From a virus (Duplodnaviria > Heunggongvirae > Uroviricota > Caudoviricetes), in IMG/VR virus record IMGVR_UViG_3300029745_000310, positions 1-7,284 of that record: 7,284 nucleotides of DNA, one strand, 5' to 3'. Numbering within the stretch: position 1 is the stretch's first letter; every line of letters starts with the position of its first letter. Of this stretch, positions 1 to 6,463 are shown one piece after another. The translations under genes and the position numbers were made by a program. The notes under the pieces were generated by a model that saw only the letters and a program-made list of their open reading frames with translations, had not been told where the DNA came from and ran no database searches.

Positions 1-1164
1 TTATGCTTTCTTTGCATCCTCAAAAACCTCAGGGTGGGACAAATTTGGGACATCGTCACCCAATATGTCGTCAATTTTCCTCGCGTGCTCTGTCAAATGA
101 TTAGGTGCAAGGTGTGCGTACCTACGCACCATTTCGATAGACTCCCAGCCGCCCATTTCCTGAAGTACTGACAGTGGTACACCTGACTGAATTAACCAAC
201 TGGCCCAGGTATGGCGGAGGTCATGAAAACGGAAATTTTCAATTCCTGCCCGACGACATGCTGTTAACCACGATGTGTTATAGTCCAGGCGCATCTTTCT
301 GATGCTTGGTGTCATTGTCCCGTCAGGCCTTCTGGCAGCAGTGGTATAAACAAACACCCAGCGGTGATGTTTGCCTATTTGATCACGCAACACCTTGCAG
401 GCAGTGTCATTCAGTGCGACCCCAATAGCGCGGTTTGACTTACTGTCTTCAGGGTTTACCCAGGCAACACGTCGCTGCATATCGATTTGTTGCCACTCCA
501 GATTAATAATGTTTGATCTCCTCAGGCCAGTTGCCAGTGCAAATTTAACTACAGATTTCAGGGGATCAGAACATGCATCAATGAGTCTCCTGGCTTCTTC
601 TTTTTCCAGCCATCTCACGCGTTTGTTTTTTACGGCAGGTATTTTGATTACAGGTGCTTTTTCAAGCCATTTCCAGTCTCGCTCTGCGGCGCGCAGAATA
701 GCCTTGATCATTGCCAGGTGTGTTGCTTTTGTTTGCGTGCTCACCGATTTAGGTATATAGGCTGGTGGTTCTTTCCCTTTTCTTAATGCAGCCTCCACCT
801 GCAACTTCCATCTCTCCTTTGTTTTTCGGTTATACGCTTTGCTGATAACTGAGTAGATCATTGCCTCCGATATATCCTTAATCCTTATTCCCTCGAAATG
901 CTCAATCCAGAATGCGATTCTGGATTTATCGGAATCGATGGATTTCTTGTCGGCTTTTTCCTCAAGCCATCTCAGGCAGGCTTCTTCGAAAGTGACATCT
1001 GGCATATCCCCCAGTCTGTCTACTCGCCAGAGTTCTGCTTTTCGCTTGTCGTGCAACTCCTGAGCTTGCCGCTTGTCCTTTGTGCCAAGAGACTCCTTAA
1101 TTCGCTTCCCGCCCGGGAGCGAGTACGAGGCGTACCATATTTCACCTCTGCGGAAGAGTGACAT
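1..1164 (-). CDS. intD: Phage tyrosine integrase (IntD/IntR-like, lambdoid prophage)
   Basis: 387-aa ORF with ATG at 1164..1162 preceded by SD-like AGAGGAAAG. N-terminus [12 protein letters not shown] and C-terminal catalytic region [11 protein letters not shown] ... [15 protein letters not shown] (Arg/His/Tyr active-site pattern of tyrosine recombinases) match my recollection of the E. coli cryptic-prophage integrases IntD/IntR. Stop codon is the first three bases of the window. Confidence 0.93.
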   Translation of the reverse strand: MSLFRRGEIWYASYSLPGGKRIKESLGTKDKRQAQELHDKRKAELWRVDRLGDMPDVTFEEACLRWLEEKADKKSIDSDKSRIAFWIEHFEGIRIKDISEAMIYSVISKAYNRKTKERWKLQVEAALRKGKEPPAYIPKSVSTQTKATHLAMIKAILRAAERDWKWLEKAPVIKIPAVKNKRVRWLEKEEARRLIDACSDPLKSVVKFALATGLRRSNIINLEWQQIDMQRRVAWVNPEDSKSNRAIGVALNDTACKVLRDQIGKHHRWVFVYTTAARRPDGTMTPSIRKMRLDYNTSWLTACRRAGIENFRFHDLRHTWASWLIQSGVPLSVLQEMGGWESIEMVRRYAHLAPNHLTEHARKIDDILGDDVPNLSHPEVFEDAKKA

Positions 1165-1391
1165 TTTCTTTCCTCTGTTATGCCATCACCCGCGCTCACC
1201 TGGACAGTATGCAGCGGTGAATGAAGTGCTGCAATGCAGGCTTGCCGGGTTGTGAGATAAGGTGATCTTTTACCGGAAGAATTTTTTCGGGTTGCCTGTA
1301 GTCGGCCCGTTCGTATCCAGTTAACAGCTGTTGGCCTTGATATCTTGAGAAACTTACAGGCCTCTTTGAGGGTGATACTGTGTGAATCCAT
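1020..1391 (-). CDS. xis: Excisionase-like HTH DNA-binding protein (Xis/AlpA-type)
   Basis: ATG at 1391..1389 opens [36 protein letters not shown], a helix-turn-helix typical of phage excisionases, sitting immediately upstream of int on the same strand. The frame stays open to 1020 and overlaps the int start by about 145 nt, so the true C-terminal extent is uncertain. No clear SD; may be translationally coupled to the upstream ORF. Confidence 0.6.
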   Translation of the reverse strand: MDSHSITLKEACKFLKISRPTAVNWIRTGRLQATRKNSSGKRSPYLTTRQACIAALHSPLHTVQVSAGDGITEERKCHSSAEVKYGTPRTRSRAGSELRSLLAQRTSGKLRSCTTSEKQNSGE

Positions 1392-1425
1392 ATTTTCGCC
1401 ATTAAAAACCGCCCGAAGGCGGTTG

Positions 1426-1686
1426 TCAGTTGATTGATATGCGGCGCATTTTTCGAAGGCTGGCAATATGCTTTTCCTTCTCAATTTCTGCTTTAATCAT
1501 ATGTAGTTCGTTGTGATCGATTCGCTCAAATTCTGCATTAAATGAGTTAATTGATGCGGCTCTGGTTCTCCCATCCAGCCTTCGGAAGATCACCTGTGTC
1601 AGCGTTACCTTGCAGACTTGAACCGGATAGTTGTTGGCGTCGACGAAGGACTGCCCGCGCTGGATCAGAACGAACACAGGTAGCAT
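1426..1686 (-). CDS. Hypothetical small protein (86 aa) between exo and xis
   Basis: ATG-initiated ORF on the same strand as int/xis/exo, packed tightly between the exo stop (1725) and xis start (1391), with AAGGA directly abutting the ATG. No recognisable motif. Supported only by operon context and lack of a competing gene. Confidence 0.45.
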   Translation of the reverse strand: MLPVFVLIQRGQSFVDANNYPVQVCKVTLTQVIFRRLDGRTRAASINSFNAEFERIDHNELHMIKAEIEKEKHIASLRKMRRISIN

Positions 1687-1724
1687 TCCTTAACTGTCAT
1701 ATCATTTGCACCTCGTTGCTACGG

Positions 1725-2420
1725 CTATCGCCATTGCTCCCCAAATACAAAACCAATTTCAGCCAGTGCCTCGTCCATTTTTTCGATGAACTCCGGTACC
1801 ATTTCGTCAAAAACCTCCATGTATTTTTCATCCCGTTCGACCACGACATAATGCAGGCCTTCACGCTTCATACGCGGGTCATAGTTGGCAAAGTACCAGG
1901 CATCTTTTCGCGTCACCCACATGCTGTACTGCACCTGGGCCATGTAAGCCGACTTTATGGCCTCGAAACCACCGAGCCGGAACTTCATGAAATCCCGGGA
2001 GGTAAACGGGCATTTCAGTTCAAGGCCATTGCCGTCACTGCATAAACCATCGGGAGAGCAGGCGGTGCGCATACTTTCGTCGCGATAGATGATCGGGGAT
2101 TCAATAACATTTACGCCGGAAGTGAACTCAAACAGGGTTCTGGCGTCGTTCTCGTACTGTTTTCCCCAGGCCAGTGCTTTAGCGTTAACTTCCGGAGCCA
2201 CACCGGTGCAAACCTCGGCAAGCAGGGTGTGGAAGTAGGACATTTTCATGTCAGGCCACTTCTTTCCTGAGCGGGGCTTTGCTATCACGTTGTGAACTTC
2301 TGAAGCGGTGATGACGCCGAGCCGTAATTTGTGCCACGCATCATCCCCCTGTTCGACAGCTCTCACGTCGATCCCGGTAACGATATCCGTCTGATGCGTG
2401 AACGTGATGGACGTAACCAC
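1725..2420 (-). pseudogene. exoD: Lambda Exo-family 5'-3' exonuclease (Red-alpha/YqaJ-like), N-terminus replaced, no ATG start
   Basis: Translation from about 2377 down to the stop at 1725 ([30 protein letters not shown] ... [11 protein letters not shown]) is near-identical to phage lambda Exo as I recall it. The first ~10 codons of lambda Exo (MTPDIILQRT) are replaced by unrelated sequence, and the frame has no in-frame ATG upstream of the homology; the only candidates are GTG at 2420 (no SD) and TTG at 2540. Body appears otherwise intact, so it could still be expressed from a non-canonical start. Confidence 0.75.
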
Positions 2421-2429
2421 CGCGACATG

Positions 2430-2615
2430 TGTGTACTGTTCCGCTGGGCCTGCCAGGACAACTTCTGGTCCGGTAACGTGCTGAGTCCGGCCAAACTCCG
2501 CGACAAGTGGACCCAGCTCGAAATCAACCGGAACAAGCAACAGGCTGGCGTGACAGTCGGCAAACCAAAACTCGACCTGACAAACACTGACTGGATTTAC
2601 GGGGTGGATCTATGA
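2430..2615 (+). pseudogene. Replication initiator O, C-terminal remnant only
   Basis: Plus-strand frame ends ...[38 protein letters not shown] with TGA at 2613..2615 overlapping the P start in an ATGA junction, exactly the lambda O/P arrangement. Homology is secure from about 2502; the left boundary (about 2430) is approximate. No N-terminal DNA-binding domain or ori iterons are present. Confidence 0.7.
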
Positions 2616-3313
2616 AAAACATCGCCGCACAGATGGTTAACTTTGACCGTGAGCAGATGCGTCGGATCGCCAACAACATGCCGGAACAGTACGACGAAAA
2701 GCCACAGGTACAGCAGGTAGCGCAGATCATCAACGGTGTGTTCAGCCAGTTACTGGCAACTTTCCCGGCGAGCCTGGCTAACCGTGACCAGAATGAACTG
2801 AACGAAATCCGCCGCCAGTGGGTGCTGGCTTTTCGGGAAAACGGGATCACCACAATGGAACAGGTTAACGCTGGAATGCGCGTAGCCCGTCGGCAGAATC
2901 GACCATTCCTGCCATCACCCGGGCAGTTTGTCGCCTGGTGCCGGGAAGAAGCATCCGTTACCGCCGGGCTGCCAAACGCCAGCGAGCTGGTTGATATGGT
3001 TTACGAGTATTGCCGGAAGCGCGGGCTGTATCCGGATGCAGAGTCTTATCCGTGGAAATCAAACGCGCACTACTGGCTGGTTACCAACCTGTATCAGAAC
3101 ATGCGGGCCAATGCGTTGACTGACGCGGAATTACGGCGCAAGGCTGCCGATGAACTGTCCTGTATGACCGCACGAATTAACCGTGGTGAGGCTATACCTG
3201 AACCAGTAAAACAACTTCCTGTCATGGGCGGTAGACCTCTAAATCGTGCACAGGCTCTGGCGAAGATCGCAGAAATCAAAGCTAAGTTTGGGCTGAAAGG
3301 AGCAAGGGTATGA
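2612..3313 (+). CDS. P: Lambda-type replication protein P (DnaB helicase loader)
   Basis: 233-aa ORF MKNIAAQMVNFDREQMRRIANNMPEQYDEKPQVQQVAQIINGVFSQLLATFPASLANRDQNE ... AKIAEIKAKFGLKGARV, near-identical along its length to phage lambda P as I recall it. Start overlaps the O-remnant stop (ATGA); stop overlaps the ren start (ATGA at 3310..3313). Confidence 0.93.
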   Translation: MKNIAAQMVNFDREQMRRIANNMPEQYDEKPQVQQVAQIINGVFSQLLATFPASLANRDQNELNEIRRQWVLAFRENGITTMEQVNAGMRVARRQNRPFLPSPGQFVAWCREEASVTAGLPNASELVDMVYEYCRKRGLYPDAESYPWKSNAHYWLVTNLYQNMRANALTDAELRRKAADELSCMTARINRGEAIPEPVKQLPVMGGRPLNRAQALAKIAEIKAKFGLKGARV

Positions 3314-3612
3314 CGGGCAAAGAGTCAATTATTCATTACCTGGGGACTCATAAGAAATTCTGTGCGCAGGACGTTGCCGCGGTAACAGGCGCAACGGTAA
3401 CCAGCATAAATCAGGCTGCGGCTAAAATGGCGCGGGCAGGAATCCTAGTCGTTGATGGTAAGGTCTGGCGAACGGTGTATTATCGGTTCGCTACCAGAGA
3501 AGAATGGGAAGGAAAGGTGAGCACGAATTTGATTTTTAAGGAGTGTCGCCAGAGTGCCGCGATGAAACGGGTATTGAGGGTATATAAAAGAACATCAATG
3601 GGTACACAATGA
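3310..3612 (+). CDS. ren: Ren protein (lambda ren homolog)
   Basis: 100-aa ORF MTGKESIIHYLGTHKKFCAQDVAAVTGATVTSINQAAAKMARAGILVVDGKVWRTVYYRFATREEWEGK ... closely matches lambda Ren as I recall it. Strong SD AAGGAG at 3297..3302, and the ATG overlaps the P stop. Confidence 0.88.
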   Translation: MTGKESIIHYLGTHKKFCAQDVAAVTGATVTSINQAAAKMARAGILVVDGKVWRTVYYRFATREEWEGKVSTNLIFKECRQSAAMKRVLRVYKRTSMGTQ

Positions 3613-3629
3613 TGAAACAGGTGAGTTGA

Positions 3630-3664
3630 GTTCAAACTGTAGTACAATTCTCTCCAGTTTGAAC
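3630..3664. repeat. Perfect 10-bp inverted repeat GTTCAAACTG-N15-CAGTTTGAAC between ren and emrE
   Basis: Read directly: 3630..3639 GTTCAAACTG and 3655..3664 CAGTTTGAAC are exact reverse complements, separated by a 15-nt spacer. The right arm ends one base before the emrE SD (AGGAAA 3665..3670). No U-tract follows, so it is not a classic intrinsic terminator. Confidence 0.6.
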
Positions 3665-3679
3665 AGGAAAGAATATGCT

Positions 3680-4012
3680 ATGAATCCTTATATTTATCTT
3701 GGTGGTGCAATACTTGCAGAGGTCATTGGTACAACCTTAATGAAGTTTTCAGAAGGTTTTACACGGTTATGGCCATCTGTTGGTACAATTATTTGTTATT
3801 GTGCATCATTCTGGTTATTAGCTCAGACGCTGGCTTATATTCCTACAGGGATTGCTTATGCTATCTGGTCAGGAGTCGGTATTGTCCTGATTAGCTTACT
3901 ATCATGGGGATTTTTCGGCCAACGGTTGGACCTGCCAGCCATTATAGGCATGATGTTGATTTGTGCCGGTGTGTTGGTTATTAATTTATTGTCACGAAGC
4001 ACACCACATTAA
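3680..4012 (+). CDS. emrE: Small multidrug resistance (SMR) efflux transporter EmrE
   Basis: 110-aa product MNPYIYLGGAILAEVIGTTLMKFSEGFTRLWPSVGTIICYCASFWLLAQTLAYIPTGIAYAIWSGVGIVLISLLSWGFFGQRLDLPAIIGMMLICAGVL.INLLSRSTPH matches E. coli EmrE as I recall it, including the essential Glu14 (AILAEVIG). ATG at 3680 with SD AGGAAA 9 nt upstream. The listed ORF start at 3626 is a TTG extension. AT-rich relative to the P/ren backbone. Confidence 0.96.
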   Translation: MNPYIYLGGAILAEVIGTTLMKFSEGFTRLWPSVGTIICYCASFWLLAQTLAYIPTGIAYAIWSGVGIVLISLLSWGFFGQRLDLPAIIGMMLICAGVLVINLLSRSTPH

Positions 4013-4043
4013 AAATAATTTGTTTTTAAACGACTAAAATATG

Positions 4044-4084
4044 GAGGCTCGTATATTTATATGGGCCTCGTTTTATGCTTTTTG
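4044..4084 (+). terminator. Possible intrinsic terminator downstream of emrE
   Basis: GAGGC (4044..4048) ... GCCTC (4065..4069) short stem followed by the T-rich run GTTTTATGCTTTTTG (4070..4084). Stem is short and loop long, so this is weak. Confidence 0.35.
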
Positions 4085-4112
4085 TTAATGTCTTTAGTTT
4101 TTATTCATTCTT

Positions 4113-4267
4113 TTGTGCTTTCAAGATTATGGTGTAAGAAAATTGCAATACGATTATTGTTGTATATTCAAGATAATGTGACCTTAATTGTCTTTTTAAA
4201 TAAAAATTAAACAAAAATCATATCTCACCACTAAGGTTTATAAAAGCATACTTTAGCAGGTGTCACC
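4113..4267 (+). promoter_or_regulatory. AT-rich upstream region of the recombinase gene with a direct repeat (TTCAAGAT at 4120..4127 and 4167..4174)
   Basis: 255-bp intergenic region of very low GC. TTCAAGATtATGgTG (4120..4134) and TTCAAGATaATGTG (4167..4180) form an imperfect direct repeat 47 bp apart. A possible sigma70-like pair is GTGACC (4178..4183) and TAAAAT (4201..4206) with a 17-bp spacer. SD AGGTG at 4258..4262 precedes ATG 4268. The promoter assignment is a guess. Confidence 0.3.
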
Positions 4268-5794
4268 ATGAAAAAAGCCATAGCATATATGCGATTTTCA
4301 TCACCAAGTCAGATGTCTGGTGATTCATTAAACCGCCAGAGAAGGCTTATTACTGAATGGCTAAAGGTAAATAGTGATTATTACCTTGATACCGTAACGT
4401 ATGAAGATTTGGGGTTAAGCGCATTCAATGGAAAGCATGCACAATCAGGAGCTTTTTCGGAATTTTTAGATGCTATAGAACATGGTTATATATTGCCAGG
4501 GACTACATTGTTAGTTGAAAGTCTGGACAGACTTTCAAGAGAAAAAGTCGGTGAAGCGATTGAGCGTCTGAAATTGATTTTGAATCACGGTATTGATGTT
4601 ATAACTCTTTGCGATAATACAGTCTATAATATTGACTCATTGAATGAGCCATATTCATTAATAAAAGCCATACTTATAGCACAAAGGGCAAATGAAGAAA
4701 GCGAGATAAAGTCAAGTCGGGTTAAATTATCATGGAAGAAAAAACGGCAGGATGCACTGGAGTCAGGCACGATTATGACGGCGTCTTGTCCGAGATGGCT
4801 CTCATTGGATGACAAAAGAACGGCTTTTGTTCCAGACCCCGACAGGGTGAAAACTATTGAGCTAATTTTTAAACTCAGGATGGAAAGGCGCTCATTGAAT
4901 GCAATAGCCAAGTATTTAAATGATCATGCTGTAAAGAATTTCTCAGGAAAAGAAAGTGCATGGGGACCTTCTGTAATTGAAAAATTATTAGCGAATAAAG
5001 CTCTGATAGGTATATGCGTACCTTCATATCGTGCAAGAGGTAAAGGAATAAGTGAAATCGCTGGCTATTATCCCAGAGTCATATCAGATGATTTGTTTTA
5101 CGCTGTGCAGGAAATTCGGTTGGCACCTTTTGGTATTAGCAATAGTAGCAAAAATCCTATGTTGATAAATCTACTTCGAACAGTTATGAAGTGCGAGGCT
5201 TGTGGTAATACCATGATTGTTCATGCGGTATCTGGAAGTTTGCATGGCTATTATGTTTGTCCGATGAGAAGACTGCATCGATGTGACAGGCCATCAATAA
5301 AGAGAGATTTGGTTGATTATAATATCATTAATGAGTTGCTTTTTAATTGTAGTAAAATCCAACCAGTTGAAAACAAGAAAGATGCTAATGAAACTTTAGA
5401 GTTGAAAATTATTGAGCTCCAGATGAAAATTAATAATTTAATTGCTGCATTATCTGTTGCGCCTGAAGTTACCGCTATAGCAGAAAAAATCAGAGTATTA
5501 GATAAGGAATTACGAAGGGCTTCTGTATCATTAAAAACTTTGAAGAGTAAAGCGGTGAGTTCACTTGGTGATTTTCATGCTATTGACTTAACCAGTAAAA
5601 ATGGGCGAGAGCTATGTCGTACACTTGCCTATAAAACATTCGAAAAAATCATAATCAATACAGATAATAAAACCTGTGATATCTATTTTATGAATGGCAT
5701 TGTTTTTAAACACTATCCTTTAATGAAAACAATATCCGCCCAGCAGGCGATAAGTACTCTCAAATATATGGTTGATGGTGAGGTTTATTTTTGA
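4268..5794 (+). CDS. ybcK: Large serine recombinase family protein (YbcK-like; resolvase catalytic domain, recombinase domain, zinc ribbon, coiled coil)
   Basis: 508-aa ORF. N-terminal AIAYMRFSSPSQ fits the serine-recombinase nucleophile motif (compare YARVST.Q), and LLVESLDRLSR matches the conserved D-R-L-x-R catalytic motif. Central CPRWLS region, a Cys cluster CEACGNT ... YYVCPMRRLHRC (zinc ribbon), and a heptad-like stretch LELKIIELQMKINNLIAAL. Length and position immediately after emrE match my recollection of DLP12 ybcK (putative recombinase). Strongly AT-rich. Confidence 0.9.
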   Translation: MKKAIAYMRFSSPSQMSGDSLNRQRRLITEWLKVNSDYYLDTVTYEDLGLSAFNGKHAQSGAFSEFLDAIEHGYILPGTTLLVESLDRLSREKVGEAIERLKLILNHGIDVITLCDNTVYNIDSLNEPYSLIKAILIAQRANEESEIKSSRVKLSWKKKRQDALESGTIMTASCPRWLSLDDKRTAFVPDPDRVKTIELIFKLRMERRSLNAIAKYLNDHAVKNFSGKESAWGPSVIEKLLANKALIGICVPSYRARGKGISEIAGYYPRVISDDLFYAVQEIRLAPFGISNSSKNPMLINLLRTVMKCEACGNTMIVHAVSGSLHGYYVCPMRRLHRCDRPSIKRDLVDYNIINELLFNCSKIQPVENKKDANETLELKIIELQMKINNLIAALSVAPEVTAIAEKIRVLDKELRRASVSLKTLKSKAVSSLGDFHAIDLTSKNGRELCRTLAYKTFEKIIINTDNKTCDIYFMNGIVFKHYPLMKTISAQQAISTLKYMVDGEVYF

Positions 5795-5817
5795 GTAATA
5801 ATCACTTTTTCAACCGT

Positions 5818-5896
5818 GCTATAGTAAGAAAGTTAGGTAAGTACAATAAAATTATCTATCCTGAACGAAGCGTCCTGAGCTATGGTTTTACTATAG
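5818..5896. repeat. Inverted repeat GCTATAGTAA ... TTACTATAG (palindromic CTATAG cores) downstream of ybcK and upstream of the 99-aa ORF
   Basis: Read directly: CTATAGTAA at 5820..5828 and its exact reverse complement TTACTATAG at 5888..5896, separated by 59 bp. A related GCTATGG lies at 5878..5884. The region sits where GC content rises again, at the right edge of the AT-rich block. Confidence 0.5.
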
Positions 5897-5905
5897 GGAC
5901 TGCCA

Positions 5906-6205
5906 ATGGATGCTGGCGTTCTCGTTCTAGCAGTTCAACAATACCCAATCACAAAACAATTCACTGATAACAAACTTTGTGCACGTGCTTGGTTATGGCG
6001 AGCAGGTGATGTGATGTTAACTGCCTGCCAGAACGTTACTCCACTACTTCAGGTTGCGGAGCACCGCGAAGCCGGCCGCTTTACTTCTATCGAGCAAGAA
6101 TATCCCCAGATACTCAACAGAGCGCGAGCAATCCTCGCCAGAGAAACGGCACATGTAAAATTCCAGCCGTGGCTGGATGATAAGTGGAGTCGAGTGTTAC
6201 CATAA
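5906..6205 (+). CDS. Hypothetical protein (99 aa), unknown function
   Basis: ATG at 5906 with SD-like AGGGA 7 nt upstream; a stem-loop plus T-tract terminator follows at 6250..6288. GC content is higher than the flanking AT-rich DNA. No motif I recognise (MDAGVLVLAVQQYPITKQFTDNKLCARAWLWRAGDVMLTACQ...). Confidence 0.5.
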   Translation: MDAGVLVLAVQQYPITKQFTDNKLCARAWLWRAGDVMLTACQNVTPLLQVAEHREAGRFTSIEQEYPQILNRARAILARETAHVKFQPWLDDKWSRVLP

Positions 6206-6249
6206 TTCCGTCAGAATCTGTTCCAATAAAGTCACTAGTTAGAAATACT

Positions 6250-6288
6250 GCCAGCATTCTACGATGACGGAAGTGCTGGCATTTTTTG
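6250..6288 (+). terminator. Intrinsic terminator-like hairpin followed by T-tract
   Basis: GCCAGCA (6250..6256) pairs with TGCTGGC (6274..6280) across a 17-nt loop and is followed by ATTTTTTGG (6281..6289). It lies 45 bp downstream of the 99-aa ORF stop. Confidence 0.5.
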
Positions 6289-6405
6289 GGTAATATGCGA
6301 GTCCATTTCATAAAATACGGGTGCTGTAAACTGGACGATATAATCTAAAATATACCATTACCAGTAGCGTTCAAATCGCTATGTGCCGATACGGATAAAA
6401 TTATA

Positions 6406-6436
6406 TTGATTGTGCACATACCTTATTGGATATTAC
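6406..6436 (+). promoter_or_regulatory. Candidate sigma70 promoter for the 169-aa ORF
   Basis: TTGATT (6406..6411) as -35, about 17-19 bp spacer, then GATATT/TATTAC (6429..6436) as -10, roughly 30 bp upstream of ATG 6464. Sequence-pattern guess only. Confidence 0.3.
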
Positions 6437-6463
6437 TGAGGGGTATTTATATAAGGTGTAACG

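Noticed and set aside
395-1255. Plus-strand ORFs 395..760, 898..1161 and 1073..1255 inside or antisense to int
   Set aside because: They lie fully within a strongly supported integrase gene on the opposite strand, and their products are low-complexity with no motifs.
1196-1402. Alternative minus-strand frame at the xis locus ([15 protein letters not shown]..., 68 aa)
   Set aside because: The overlapping frame starting [31 protein letters not shown] carries the HTH motif expected of an excisionase; this frame has none.
1551-2045. Plus-strand 164-aa ORF antisense to exo
   Set aside because: Entirely antisense to a region with near-identity to lambda Exo; Arg/Ser/Leu-rich composition typical of antisense frames.
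2421-2540. 5' extension of the exo frame back to TTG at 2540
   Set aside because: No similarity to lambda Exo, and it overlaps the O remnant and the P ribosome-binding region on the other strand; best explained as an open frame by chance across the deletion joint.
2363-3279. Minus-strand ORFs 2363..2587, 2524..2853, 3094..3279 and plus-strand ORF 2928..3119 overlapping the O remnant and P
   Set aside because: They overlap the well-supported P gene or O remnant in other frames or strands and have Cys/Ser/Arg-rich, non-protein-like compositions.
3626-3679. TTG-initiated 5' extension of the emrE reading frame (MSSNCSTILSSLNRKEYA...)
   Set aside because: EmrE begins MNPYIYLGG at ATG 3680 with a properly spaced SD; the extension runs through the inverted repeat and starts at TTG with no SD.
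3630-3679. Guanidine-type riboswitch upstream of the SMR gene
   Set aside because: Only a single hairpin with a 15-nt loop is present and it lacks the ACGR loop motifs or paired-hairpin layout of known guanidine riboswitches; reported instead as an unexplained palindrome.
4624-4911. Minus-strand 95-aa ORF inside the serine recombinase gene
   Set aside because: Antisense to a 508-aa ORF with clear catalytic motifs; the open frame is expected by chance in AT-rich DNA.
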